Assembly: GCA_965602785.1 (NCBI GenBank)
Contig: CBFDAH010000003.1
Location: 1-62,779 of the forward strand
DNA length: 62,779 bases
Direction of reading: 5' to 3'
Origin: an uncultured Syntrophobacterales bacterium
GTDB taxonomy: Bacteria > Desulfobacterota > Desulfobaccia > Desulfobaccales > 0-14-0-80-60-11
Made by a program: the position numbers and the translations under genes. Under the pieces are notes generated by a model. The model saw only the letters and a list, made by a program, of their open reading frames with translations, made no database searches and was not told the DNA's origin. Shown in pieces: positions 27,519 to 37,463 of the stretch (the stretch's first letter is position 1; each line of letters starts with the position of its first letter).

Positions 27519-28463
27519 TCAAGCTGCGCCAAAATGCTCCCGGGCAAAGGCCAGACGCTGTGCCAGGGTGGTGAGCTGTTTGTGAAAATTTTGTATCAGC
27601 TCCAGTCGGGGGATGAGGCCGGCGCGGTTGGCAATTTGGATTCCCAGACCCGGGCGGGCGTTGAGTTCCAAAAGCAGGGGGCCTTTGAATCTGTCCAGGA
27701 CAAGGTCCACCCCGAGATAGCCCAAACCGGTGATCTCGGCGCAGTGAGCGGCCATCTCCAGCAAGGTCTCCCAACGGGGAATGGGAAAACCGTGGATAGG
27801 AACCGCCGTGTCGGGATGTTCCGTGATCACCTCCTGGCGCCAGACCCCGCTGAGGGTGACGCCGGCCGCCATATCGATCCCCACGCCGATCCCGCCCACG
27901 TGCAGGTTGGCTTTGCCCCCTGAGAGGCGGGTAGGCAGACGCATCATGGCCATGACCGGCACCCCCTGAAAGACAATGATCCGGATATCCGGCACTCCCA
28001 GGTAGCTGATGGTCTCAAAAGACGCATCGAATTGCACGCGATATTCGATCATGGCCTCGTCGGGCTGCCCTCCCAGACTATAGAGGCCGCTCAGGATATT
28101 AAACACATGATGATCAAGTTCCGTCTGATCGACAATCACCCCGGTTATGCTGCGGTATTTTTCCCGGGCACGGTCGGCAATCACCAGGATCCCGTCCCCG
28201 CCGCTCCCCTGGGCCGGCTTGATGACAAAATCCTGGTATGGCTTGAGCATGGCCTGAAGTTCCCGGACCAGGCGCTCGGTCTCTACCACCCCATAGAGCT
28301 CCGGCACTGGGATGCCGGCGTCCAGGGCCAGTTGTTTGGTCCGCAACTTGTTGTCCACCAAAGGATACAACCGGCGGGAATTGTATATTAATGTGTATTC
28401 GGCATTGCGCCGATTGATGCCCAGAACTCCTAAATTAGCCAACTTGGCGGCCAAACCCAACAT
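27519..28463 (-). CDS. Alpha-L-glutamate ligase-like ATP-grasp protein
   Basis: Motifs GINRRN, VIKPAQGSGGDGI, GKANLH and LELNARPGL. Confidence 0.9.
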   Translation of the reverse strand: MLGLAAKLANLGVLGINRRNAEYTLIYNSRRLYPLVDNKLRTKQLALDAGIPVPELYGVVETERLVRELQAMLKPYQDFVIKPAQGSGGDGILVIADRAREKYRSITGVIVDQTELDHHVFNILSGLYSLGGQPDEAMIEYRVQFDASFETISYLGVPDIRIIVFQGVPVMAMMRLPTRLSGGKANLHVGGIGVGIDMAAGVTLSGVWRQEVITEHPDTAVPIHGFPIPRWETLLEMAAHCAEITGLGYLGVDLVLDRFKGPLLLELNARPGLGIQIANRAGLIPRLELIQNFHKQLTTLAQRLAFAREHFGAA

Positions 28464-29992
28464 TATTTGAATTCCCGAGACAGATGGCGGAAGCGGAACA
28501 GTTCGGTGAGGCGGTAGCCCGAATAGCGCCCCAGGAGCAAGGTCGCGGCCAACAGCACTAGGAGCAATTCAGGGAACACGAAAAGCAGGTGCTGCACCGC
28601 CTGGTTGTTAATTACCAGATAGGTGAGGGCCGCGGCCAGCAAACTGCCCAGTCCCTGTTTGATGGCCTCGCCGGGCCCCCGTTCCTCCCACACGATGGTC
28701 ATGCGCTCAATGGTCATGGTCAGAATCACCATGGGGAAAAGAGCCACGGACAAGCCCCGCTGAATGCCTAACAGGTGTGACATCAAGCTCAAGAACGCCA
28801 TAAACAGCACCACCACAATCAGCACTGCTGCCAGACGAGGCACCAGCAGCAATTTTAACTGGTTTAGATAAAACCGGATGATCAGGCCAAAGCCCACAAT
28901 GATACTGAACAGGACCAAACCGGCCACCAGATGGGTTTCCCGAAAGGCCAGGGCGATGAGTACCGGCATGAAAGTGCCGAAGGTGCTCAGTCCGATGACG
29001 TTTCGGAAAATCACCAGGAGAACGGCTCCCAACGGCACCATTAGCAATATCCGGTAAATCTGTTGAGAGTGCACGGGCAGGCTAAACAGAGAAAACTTGA
29101 GGAGTAACGGGTTCTTCAGTTCTCCTCGCACGATGGCATCCCTGACACCCGCTTCCTGGACGCGGCTGACGGAAATGGTCAAATGCTTTTGGTTGCCGCC
29201 TTCGAGAGACATCAGAGGATATGGACCCCGCCACCAGGAAAGATAGTCTTCCGGCAGGCCTGCTCCAGCCGTGGCCGGGTTGTAAGGCCGCCATTGTTTC
29301 TGGTGGAAAACCTCCAGCCAGTGAATTATCGGGGCTCGTTCTCTCATCTCCCGTAATCGGATGCCATGCACGGAGCGGGCCGGGAGTTGGGCCAGGGCCA
29401 GCACCCCCACCGCCACCTTCATTTTGGCAGCTTCAGAGGCCCGTTTGCCAAGCAGAATTGCCACGTCATGGTCGGGAGGCTGCTTATTAAGCTCCTGGAG
29501 CAGCTGCGCCACCAGGCTGTCTGGGTCTGCGGATTTGCGGCGAATCTTATCAAGCAACGCTTCGGCCGCGCCCAGCCTGGCGCCTTCCCAGGTTGGCGGC
29601 ATCACTTCGGGATTCTTTGCTGGTTGGGAGGATCTCCGGAACTCAGCCCTCCTGGCTTCGGCCCGATAAAATAAAATCTGCTCGCCGCGGGCTTTCCGGA
29701 TGGACCAAACCGCCCGACGGTTCAGTCCATCGGTGGAAGTGCTGAGCCCATACCCCCTACTGACAAAGGCGTCATTCAAGATGGCATAGCGGGGATTTTT
29801 ATAGGGGATGAACAGGGACAGCTTTACCGGTTCATTCCTGGCCTGGAAAATAATCTTGGCTTCCACCTCCCAGATGTCCGCTTCGGATTGAGGGGTCAGG
29901 GGAAAGTGTAGCACCAGAGCTTTGTAGAGAAAAAGGCTTAAACCGACTGCCGTCAGGCTCAAAGCCAGAATTCGCAAGTGCGCTTTATTCAA
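28463..29992 (-). CDS. Inactive transglutaminase fused to 7TM domain
   Basis: HWLEVF transglutaminase-like core without catalytic Cys; C-terminal RNVIGLSTFGTFMPVLIALAF, ALFPMVILTMTIER and GRYSGYRL. Confidence 0.88.
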   Translation of the reverse strand: MNKAHLRILALSLTAVGLSLFLYKALVLHFPLTPQSEADIWEVEAKIIFQARNEPVKLSLFIPYKNPRYAILNDAFVSRGYGLSTSTDGLNRRAVWSIRKARGEQILFYRAEARRAEFRRSSQPAKNPEVMPPTWEGARLGAAEALLDKIRRKSADPDSLVAQLLQELNKQPPDHDVAILLGKRASEAAKMKVAVGVLALAQLPARSVHGIRLREMRERAPIIHWLEVFHQKQWRPYNPATAGAGLPEDYLSWWRGPYPLMSLEGGNQKHLTISVSRVQEAGVRDAIVRGELKNPLLLKFSLFSLPVHSQQIYRILLMVPLGAVLLVIFRNVIGLSTFGTFMPVLIALAFRETHLVAGLVLFSIIVGFGLIIRFYLNQLKLLLVPRLAAVLIVVVLFMAFLSLMSHLLGIQRGLSVALFPMVILTMTIERMTIVWEERGPGEAIKQGLGSLLAAALTYLVINNQAVQHLLFVFPELLLVLLAATLLLGRYSGYRLTELFRFRHLSREFK

Positions 29993-30494
29993 GGCCGGGT
30001 AGCTCCTTACAGTGAGGCTCCGCCGTGAACTTCCTGGCGGTATCGATGAGGAAACTCCCCTTTAGAAACTTCCGCCCAATCAGCATAGGGTACTTAAAGC
30101 GCTGGCGATTTGCCAGATTGACCTCGGTTTCTTTATAGACTCCTCCCAGACAAATTCCCAGCTTGATCACGGGTCGCACCTGCGACTCGGAAGAATGTCG
30201 CTTGATAGTGGCCGTGCGGGTCACGGGACGTTCCAAGGTGATATTCCTCCCTTGCCGGGTGGAAACCTCAAACCGTATCCATTCTTGCCCCTGACGCCGA
30301 AAGGTGGTGGCTTGGGAAGCATCCAATGAGCAGGAATTCGCCCCGGTGTCCAGTTTGGCTGGGATCACAATATTGCCGGGTGAAAGGCGCACGTTCTCCA
30401 CCCAGCCAACCACCTTTTTCTCTTCTGCCGCAGGGGATTCACCTATCAAGGTCATGACCAGAAAAATCGCCAACACGATTCCCAGAAAGGTCAT
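29985..30494 (-). CDS. Secreted retropepsin-like aspartic protease (annotated in databases as ATP-dependent zinc protease family)
   Basis: Signal peptide; motifs VGWVE, AKLDTGA and MLIGRKFL. Confidence 0.88.
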   Translation of the reverse strand: MTFLGIVLAIFLVMTLIGESPAAEEKKVVGWVENVRLSPGNIVIPAKLDTGANSCSLDASQATTFRRQGQEWIRFEVSTRQGRNITLERPVTRTATIKRHSSESQVRPVIKLGICLGGVYKETEVNLANRQRFKYPMLIGRKFLKGSFLIDTARKFTAEPHCKELPGLE

Positions 30495-30552
30495 TTCTTG
30501 TTCTCCGTAATAAAGTTAGTTAGCCCTGATCAAGAAATCTCTCCAATCAGCT

Positions 30553-31227
30553 TTAAGAGGAGCTTTCTGGGTTGCCGGGGAGGGATAGGGGCGGCGGCTC
30601 TGGGGAACCGTTCTGGGACGGTTGGGCCGAATCCCGAGGAATCTCTTGGGGGGGGGACTCCAGGGCCGACACCCCATGACGTTCTGCCAGGTAGGAAAGA
30701 TATTGGTATTCCAAAGCTTTTTTCTTGAGCCGGTAGTTCAAAATCAACCGCAGGGGGAAATATAGAGCTGCCAGGGCCACCAAAGCCACCAGGAGGTAGG
30801 TCCCCCCCAGACCCAAGCCCTTGAGGAGCATAGCCGCCAAGGCCAACACCTGGCTTCCTTTAAACCAGAGGATAAGGAGCCCCAGAAAGGCCGCCAGCCC
30901 CAGGAAGAACTGGAAGCGGTGGCGCTGCCGGGCCGGCTTTCCGGCGTCGGAGCGCTCCGCGCTCTCTTCCGGGCCGAAAGCCTGAAAGCCCCGCACGATG
31001 ATGCCGAAAAGAAAAAGGAGCACCAGCGGCGCCGCAAAGGCGGTAAAGAGGTACTCCTTCCAGGGGAAGGGCACCACTTTCACCGGCCCACCCAGAAGGC
31101 CTTCGTCAATCTGCCAGATGAGGGTGACCAGGAAAATGAGGATCTCCACCAGGGCCACTACCACGAGGAAGCTGTTGAAAATGTAGCGGCGCTCCAGGGG
31201 GTCCCAGAAGTTGAAAAATCTTGACAT
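30553..31227 (-). CDS. Hypothetical integral membrane protein (about 4 TM)
   Basis: Four hydrophobic segments and an FPWKEY motif; co-oriented with neighbours. Confidence 0.7.
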   Translation of the reverse strand: MSRFFNFWDPLERRYIFNSFLVVVALVEILIFLVTLIWQIDEGLLGGPVKVVPFPWKEYLFTAFAAPLVLLFLFGIIVRGFQAFGPEESAERSDAGKPARQRHRFQFFLGLAAFLGLLILWFKGSQVLALAAMLLKGLGLGGTYLLVALVALAALYFPLRLILNYRLKKKALEYQYLSYLAERHGVSALESPPQEIPRDSAQPSQNGSPEPPPLSLPGNPESSS

Positions 31228-31275
31228 TTCTTGGATTGTACACCCTGCCTCAGGGGATGTCGAGGCCGCCGGGTG

Positions 31276-32277
31276 TTAGGTTTTGGTGGCGGGTCTGATT
31301 GCCTCTCTTGCCTTGAGCTGCTCTCGCATCTCCATGAGCAGGCGGCCGAGCCAGTTTTGTCCCGGCGAGGCGGCGCACTTGGAACAGCGGCAGCTCCCCC
31401 AGAAGTTGTCGTGCCAGGTGTTGCCTTCCACCAACTCGGCCTCACCCGTGGCCACGAGAAGCTCCCTCAGGTCTGGGTGGCCCTGGAACTTCTGCCGGAG
31501 CAGCTCTCGCATGATATCTACCTTCACCTCGGGCCAATCCGGCCTCCTGCTGAGCTTGTGGCTCATTTTTTTGGCCAGGGCCGGGGTGGAGGCCTGGAGA
31601 ATCATTTGCCGCTCCCCGGCGTCCAGCGTCTTGGCGGCCTGGTAGGCGTGCTCCACCGAGGGGTACTCCACCTCATCCAGGGTCACCGGCGCCATCGCGA
31701 AGTTGGAGAGGAACCGGTTATCGCCCCCAAAATCATCGATGGGGTGGCTAAATGCCACGCGGGTCTCGAACGCTCCCGGGAGATCCCACCAATAGAGAAA
31801 AACCGCCAGGCTCAGCATCAGGAGGTCCTCCAGGATCACGCCCCAACCTACTTGCCGGGCCCACAACAGTCCGCAGCCACAGTCGATCTTGAGGCCCCGA
31901 GCCAGGGTAATGAGGAGCACAATCAGAATCAAGAGCAGCTGGAGGATGATGAGCAGGAGACAGCTTTTGCGCTTGATACCACCCACGAGGCGGTTGCCCC
32001 AGGCCAGACCCAGACCGCGCAGCAGACGGCCCGGCATCTCCAGGAGGTACCCCAGGGCCAGGAAGAAGCCGCTGGTGATCTCCAACCAGGGGAGGATGGC
32101 GGCCACCAGCCCCACCAGGAATTGGGGCACCAGGTCGTAGGCCAGGATCGCCTCGGCAAACTGGTAGGGCTCCAGGCGCTTCTGCAGCCCGGCGTAAAAA
32201 AAAATCCCGCCCAGGGCCAAGCCGAGGAGGCAGGTGAGCCAGCTAACGGCTGGTGTCCACGTCGTATCCCGCTTCAT
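31276..32277 (-). CDS. MauE/DoxX-family membrane domain fused to a NADAR domain
   Basis: N-half YAGLQK, LPWLE and GLKIDCGCG; C-half FLSNF, SVEHAYQAAK, LVEGNTWHDNFWG and GQNWLGRLLM. Confidence 0.85.
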   Translation of the reverse strand: MKRDTTWTPAVSWLTCLLGLALGGIFFYAGLQKRLEPYQFAEAILAYDLVPQFLVGLVAAILPWLEITSGFFLALGYLLEMPGRLLRGLGLAWGNRLVGGIKRKSCLLLIILQLLLILIVLLITLARGLKIDCGCGLLWARQVGWGVILEDLLMLSLAVFLYWWDLPGAFETRVAFSHPIDDFGGDNRFLSNFAMAPVTLDEVEYPSVEHAYQAAKTLDAGERQMILQASTPALAKKMSHKLSRRPDWPEVKVDIMRELLRQKFQGHPDLRELLVATGEAELVEGNTWHDNFWGSCRCSKCAASPGQNWLGRLLMEMREQLKAREAIRPATKT

Positions 32278-32749
32278 CCCAGGCTTGAAACCCCCCGAGG
32301 AAAGCCATAACCCTGGTGAATCCCAGGGAATGAAGATGTCTGGCCACCTTCAGGGCTGAGTTGCATTGTTTTTTGGCGCAATAGACCACGATCCGCCGGT
32401 CCCGGGGGAGACCCGGGATGCCAGTGTCCTTGAGGTCCGAGAGCTTCTCCGGCGGCAGGTTCACGGCTTTGGGAATGTGTAGATCGGCAAACTCCTCCGG
32501 ATCACGAGCGTCCAGGAACAGGCTGTGGCCCTCCTTCCAGAGGCCATGGGCCTCCTCCAAACGAACTGTGGGTATCCCTTTGAACTCCACGGCCCGGCGT
32601 TGGTCCCGCAGCTTATCCAAATGGGCGGTGAGCTCCCCCTGCCAGGCGATATTGACCAGGGGCCAATGGTAGAAAAGGCCGAACAACATGGCCAGGAAAA
32701 GAAGATAGCCGGCCCACAGGAAGTCTTCCTTGGCCAGGAGCGGCCTCAT
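32243..32749 (-). CDS. Membrane-anchored rhodanese-like domain protein
   Basis: N-terminal TM helix; motifs FLDAR, HIPKAVN, VVYC and GGFQAW. Confidence 0.88.
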   Translation of the reverse strand: MRPLLAKEDFLWAGYLLFLAMLFGLFYHWPLVNIAWQGELTAHLDKLRDQRRAVEFKGIPTVRLEEAHGLWKEGHSLFLDARDPEEFADLHIPKAVNLPPEKLSDLKDTGIPGLPRDRRIVVYCAKKQCNSALKVARHLHSLGFTRVMAFLGGFQAWDEAGYDVDTSR

Positions 32750-32829
32750 CCGGACTTCCCCTTTACACGCTTTGATGATATGTTTTTATGCCGATGTTCG
32801 TATACCATGGTTAAAGGAAATTTACCCCG

Positions 32830-33441
32830 GTGGAGATGCCTGACATCAAGGCCCTGGCCCTGGACCTGGGCAATGTCCTGGTAAAAGTTGACCATTACCG
32901 CTTCTGCCGACGTCTGGCCGAACTCGCCGGCCTGACCCCCGAGGAGGTTTATACCCAGGTTTTCGAATCCAGCCTGGAACCCGGCTATGATACCGGCCAG
33001 CTCACCTCCGAGGATTTCCACCGTCGGGTGATGGATCACTTCCGGGTGACCCTTCCCTACCCCCAATTTACCGCCTGGTGGAACGACATCTTCGCTCCCA
33101 TGGAGGGCATGGCGGAGATTGTCGGCCGTCTGCAGGAGCGCTACCCCCTCTACCTCGTGTCCAATACCAATGCCCTGCATTTTGACTGTATCAGGGAACG
33201 CTGTGCCTTTCTCAACCACTTCCGGCGCTTCATCCTGTCCTACGAGGTGGGCAGCCGCAAACCGGAGCCGAGCATCTACCAGGCCCTCATCCAGGAGACC
33301 GGCCGGCCTCCCTCCCAGTGTCTCTTTGTGGACGACAAGCCCCCCTTCGTGGCCGCGGCCCGGACCCAGGGTCTGTTAGCCTGGCAGTTCACCTCACCCG
33401 AGGAGTTTGTCCAGGATTTACAGCGGCAGGGACTTTTTTAA
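32830..33441 (+). CDS. HAD-superfamily phosphatase (YihX-like)
   Basis: Motifs DLGNVL, VSNTN, RKPE and LFVDD. Confidence 0.88.
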   Translation: MEMPDIKALALDLGNVLVKVDHYRFCRRLAELAGLTPEEVYTQVFESSLEPGYDTGQLTSEDFHRRVMDHFRVTLPYPQFTAWWNDIFAPMEGMAEIVGRLQERYPLYLVSNTNALHFDCIRERCAFLNHFRRFILSYEVGSRKPEPSIYQALIQETGRPPSQCLFVDDKPPFVAAARTQGLLAWQFTSPEEFVQDLQRQGLF

Positions 33442-33576
33442 CCAGTTTTCGTTTTTCAAGGTTAAAACCAGAAGAACCTTCCCGCCTCCCCCTCCCATGT
33501 TATCGTCCGTTTTCACTTCCCCTTGAATCAACACCCTTCATTCCACCGGATACCGGCAATTGAAATATGAAAACCT

Positions 33577-34926
33577 CTAATACGGCTTGCCGATGGCCTT
33601 GTCCAGCCTGGCCTCAACCACCCGGTAGTCAAAAAGAGCCCGCACCTGTTCCAGATCGGCCTGAGCGAAACGTATCTGGGCATCGGTGACTTCGATGATG
33701 CTGCCCACCCCGGCCCGATAGCGGCCCCAGGCCAGGCGTAAATTTTCGGCGGCAGCCTCCTTGGCTTTCTCTCTGGACTTAATAACTTCCCAGGCAGACT
33801 CGAGGTCCTCAAAACTCTGCTCCACTTCCTTTCTCACCGTTAAAGCAACGGACTCACTGTTGGCCTTGGTTGACCTGAGCTGAGCTTTGGCCTGCCGCAG
33901 CGAGTGATACCGACTCAAGCCTTCAAATATGGGTACGTTTACCCCTGCCCCTACCCACCATTCATCCTCAAGCTCGTGGCGGTCCCCCTGTGGGCCCCAG
34001 GCTGCAAAGGTCTGGAAGGAAGGGAAAAAACTCGCCCGGGCACCTTTAATGTTGGCCTTATCCCCCTCCTGCTGGAAGAGACTTTTCCTGATTTCCGGCC
34101 GCTGCTTGAGGGCCTTGCTCTTAAGTTCTTCTAAGGATAATTTTTTTGGGGTCACTTCCAGGATGTCTTCCACGTCCTTATACGGCCAGGACTTCAGACC
34201 CAGAGCGGTCCGGAGATCCACCCGGGAGATCACCGCCAGATTTTGGGCTCGGATTAGCTCGGTCCTGGCATTGGCGAGATTGGATTCGGCGGTGGTCACG
34301 TCAATTTTGGCCCTGAGACCCACTTTATAGAAGCCTTGGGCCTGCTTGAGGAGCTCCTGGTTCTGGCGCACGTTTTCCTCGGCCACCTTGATGGCGCGCC
34401 GGGAGGCCAGGTAGGCGAAATAGCCGGTGCGGGCGTTCAGCACCACCAGCTGCCGGGTATTGGCGTAGTCTTCCCCGGCTTGCTTAAAACTAGCCTTGGA
34501 ACCAGCCACCTGGCTGGGAGTCTTTCCGAAGTCATAAACCAACTGGTTAAAGGAAAACCGGTAAACCTCGAAGGTGGTGCTTTCCTTTTCAGGAGTAATA
34601 GGAATGCTTATTGGAGAACCGGCGCCGCCCGGGACTGCGACGGCAGCCGTTCCCGTGGCCCTGGTGGAGAAGGCATTGCCATAAAACAGCGTGCCGGAAA
34701 AATTGGCTTGAGGCAACAGGGCCCCTCGGCTGACTCCGATCTGTTCTCTGGCGGCGTTCATGAGCTCTTTGAACTCCGCCACTGAAGGGTTTTGCTCCAA
34801 AGCCACGTTGATGGCTTTTTTGAGGGTGAGCACCCCTTTGGGCTCCTCCGCCATCGCCACCCCGACCAGGGCCAAAACCCCCACAACCACCACAGGTCGG
34901 AAGAATCTTTTAAAACTTGTCTTCAT
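33577..34926 (-). CDS. TolC family outer-membrane protein
   Basis: Signal peptide; motifs ALEQNP, YDFGK, PIFEG and RYRAGVGSIIEVTDA. Confidence 0.88.
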   Translation of the reverse strand: MKTSFKRFFRPVVVVGVLALVGVAMAEEPKGVLTLKKAINVALEQNPSVAEFKELMNAAREQIGVSRGALLPQANFSGTLFYGNAFSTRATGTAAVAVPGGAGSPISIPITPEKESTTFEVYRFSFNQLVYDFGKTPSQVAGSKASFKQAGEDYANTRQLVVLNARTGYFAYLASRRAIKVAEENVRQNQELLKQAQGFYKVGLRAKIDVTTAESNLANARTELIRAQNLAVISRVDLRTALGLKSWPYKDVEDILEVTPKKLSLEELKSKALKQRPEIRKSLFQQEGDKANIKGARASFFPSFQTFAAWGPQGDRHELEDEWWVGAGVNVPIFEGLSRYHSLRQAKAQLRSTKANSESVALTVRKEVEQSFEDLESAWEVIKSREKAKEAAAENLRLAWGRYRAGVGSIIEVTDAQIRFAQADLEQVRALFDYRVVEARLDKAIGKPY

Positions 34927-35137
34927 GGTTTTTCGATCCCCCCCCTGGTAAGTTGAAAACTCCCCGATATACGAGAGTGCGTCAACCTTGATAAAGGCGA
35001 CCGAACTTGGCGTCTATGAGCCCTGGTGAGCGGCATGTTAACAATCTTTTCGAATATTTTCCGGGGTTGTTGACAACCACAGCATTCCACAGGATTGACA
35101 GCCATCCATAAATCCCCGTCGCTGGATGAGAACCTGG

Positions 35138-36598
35138 TTAAATCTGCGGCTTTTGCAAATGAAAGTCGGTGGCCGTCTCAAAGGCATGGGCCACCTGGAG
35201 CACCACCGTCTCCCCCAAGGGCGGCCCTAAAAGCTGGAGCCCGATGGGCAGCCCCTGAGTGCTCGTGCCGCAGGGCACCGAAATCCCAGGAATCCCCGCC
35301 AGGTTGGCGGGATTCGTAAAAATATCAGTAAGGTACATGGTCAGGGGGTCGTCCACCTTTTCCCCGATCCGAAAGGCCGGGGTGGGAGCCACCGGCGCGG
35401 CTAGAACGGCACACGAGGCAAACGCCGCCTCGAAGTCCCGCCGCATCAGGGTGCGCACCTGGGAGGCCTTGCGGTAGTAGGCCTCGTAATAGCCGGCGGA
35501 CAGGGTATAGGTGCCTACCATAATACGGCGTCGCACTTCGGCCCCGAAGCCCTGGGTGCGGGTGTTGGCGTACATTTCCAGGAGATTCCCCCCCGGGGCC
35601 CTAAAGCCGTATTTCACCCCGTCATAGCGGGCCAGATTCGAGGAAGCCTCGGCCATGGCGATAATGTAATACGTGGCCACGGCGTACTCGGTATGGGGGA
35701 GGCTCACCTCCACCAATTCCGCGCCCAGACTCTCCAGGGTTTGGAGCGCGCCCCGCACCGCGGCCGCCACCTCCGGGTCCAGACCCTCCCCGAAATATTC
35801 CCGGGGGAACCCTATCCTGAGTCCCTTGATGTCCTGCCCCAGGTTCTCCAGGTAGTCCGGCACGGGGGCCGGCACGGCGGTGGAGTCCCGAGGGTCGTGG
35901 CCGGCGATGACGTTCAGAAGGAGGGCCGCATCCCGCACCACCTTGGTCACCGGGCCGATCTGGTCCAGGGACGAGCCGTAGGCCACCAATCCATAGCGGG
36001 ATACCCGCCCGTAGGTGGGTTTCAAGCCCACCACGCCGCAATGGGAGGCGGGCTGGCGAATGGAGCCGCCGGTGTCGGAAGCCACCGAGGCCGTGCACAG
36101 ATCCGCGGCCACCGCGGCGGCGGAGCCGCCGCTGGAGCCCCCGGGGATGCAGTCCCGCCGCCAGGGGTTGTGAGTGATGCCGTAGGCCGAGTTCTCCGTG
36201 GAGGAGCCCATGGCGAACTCGTCCATGTTGGTTTTCCCCAAAAAAACCGCGCCGGCCTCCCGCAAGCGAGCGGTGACGGTGGCGTCGAAGGGAGGCAGAT
36301 AATTCTCCAGGATGCGGGACCCGCACGTGGTGCGCAAACCCTTCGTAGCCAAAATATCTTTCAAGGCCAGGGGCACACCCGTCAAGGGGCCGGCTTCGCC
36401 CCGAGCGATCCTGGCCTCCGCTTCCCGGGCCTGAGCCAGAGCGCCGTCCTCGTCCACGGTGATGAACGTGTTGAGCTCCGGGTCCTTGGCGGCGATGCGG
36501 TCCAAAAACGCCTGGGTTGCTTCCACCGGAGAAACCTCCCCCCGAGCCAGGAGCGGGGAGAGCTCACTCAGGTTCAGGCGGCACAGGTCTGAAGTCAT
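35138..36598 (-). CDS. gatA: Asp/Glu-tRNA amidotransferase subunit A
   Basis: Motifs [33 protein letters not shown] and SSNLARYDG. Start MTSDL at 36598. Confidence 0.96.
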   Translation of the reverse strand: MTSDLCRLNLSELSPLLARGEVSPVEATQAFLDRIAAKDPELNTFITVDEDGALAQAREAEARIARGEAGPLTGVPLALKDILATKGLRTTCGSRILENYLPPFDATVTARLREAGAVFLGKTNMDEFAMGSSTENSAYGITHNPWRRDCIPGGSSGGSAAAVAADLCTASVASDTGGSIRQPASHCGVVGLKPTYGRVSRYGLVAYGSSLDQIGPVTKVVRDAALLLNVIAGHDPRDSTAVPAPVPDYLENLGQDIKGLRIGFPREYFGEGLDPEVAAAVRGALQTLESLGAELVEVSLPHTEYAVATYYIIAMAEASSNLARYDGVKYGFRAPGGNLLEMYANTRTQGFGAEVRRRIMVGTYTLSAGYYEAYYRKASQVRTLMRRDFEAAFASCAVLAAPVAPTPAFRIGEKVDDPLTMYLTDIFTNPANLAGIPGISVPCGTSTQGLPIGLQLLGPPLGETVVLQVAHAFETATDFHLQKPQI

Positions 36599-36608
36599 CT
36601 CTCCCGCC

Positions 36609-36893
36609 TCAGATGACCCGGGGGACCACGAAGGCCCCCTCTTCCCGGGCCGGGGCGTTGGCCAGACTTTCGTCCCGGGAAAGGCTTGCCGCCACTTCGT
36701 CATCCCGGAAGACGTTAACAACCTGCACCGCGTGGGCCGTGGGAGGGACGCCTTCGGTGTCCACTTTCTGCAATTGCGCCACGTAGGCCAGGATATCATT
36801 CAGCTGGCGGGTGAAGAGGTCCACCTCCGCCGGGTCGAGGCTGAGGCGGCCCAGCTTCGCCACATGGAGCACTTCTTCTCGGGTTAAATTCAT
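36609..36893 (-). CDS. gatC: Asp/Glu-tRNA amidotransferase subunit C
   Basis: Motifs [16 protein letters not shown] and FVVPRVI; directly upstream of gatA. Confidence 0.95.
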   Translation of the reverse strand: MNLTREEVLHVAKLGRLSLDPAEVDLFTRQLNDILAYVAQLQKVDTEGVPPTAHAVQVVNVFRDDEVAASLSRDESLANAPAREEGAFVVPRVI

Positions 36894-37463
36894 AGCAAAG
36901 TCTCTTTTCAGTTCCCATCCCTGATTTCAGGGTTTCTATGGTCAAATTATTATATACCCACCTGCCGTTATCAAATACAAGATAAATCCGGTTTCCCCTT
37001 CCAATTCACTATCCTTCACGAATGAAGACTCAGCGAACTCCTGATCTGCCATGGCTTATACGGCGGAGGCGAAAAGCCTGTGCCCAGCCTCTTTTGAACA
37101 GGGGCGGGATTCTTAAAAAAATTTAGTGTCATGGCTGAAGAAATTTTCCTTTCATCCCCCTCCTCCCCGGGAGAGCTGGCGGGGGCGGAGAAAGAGGATT
37201 TTCATGGCCTCAGGAGTATCGGACTCTCAGGGAAGAACCGATATAATCATAGTGTCATCTGAAGATAAGACCTTGGCCCCATTCCTCTCTTTAGCCGGCC
37301 TGCCCCCGGCCCCCGTTTGCCTCCCAATATTTCTGCTTTTCCAGGCTGGATCGTGTGAATTTTCGGGGATGATTGAAAATCTGTTGATTAAATGGTTATA
37401 CTGTTTAAAATATCAAGTTGGACTATAAGCCAGCCAGTGACAGCTTTTTTATAAACTAGAGCA

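Noticed and set aside
35138-36893. gatCA without an adjacent gatB
   Set aside because: A separate gatB locus is common; this is not evidence of loss.
37126-37428. 100-aa ORF in the gatC/transketolase divergent spacer
   Set aside because: No RBS or recognisable motif; it runs through probable promoter sequence (TTGAAA-N18-TATACT at 37373-37402).
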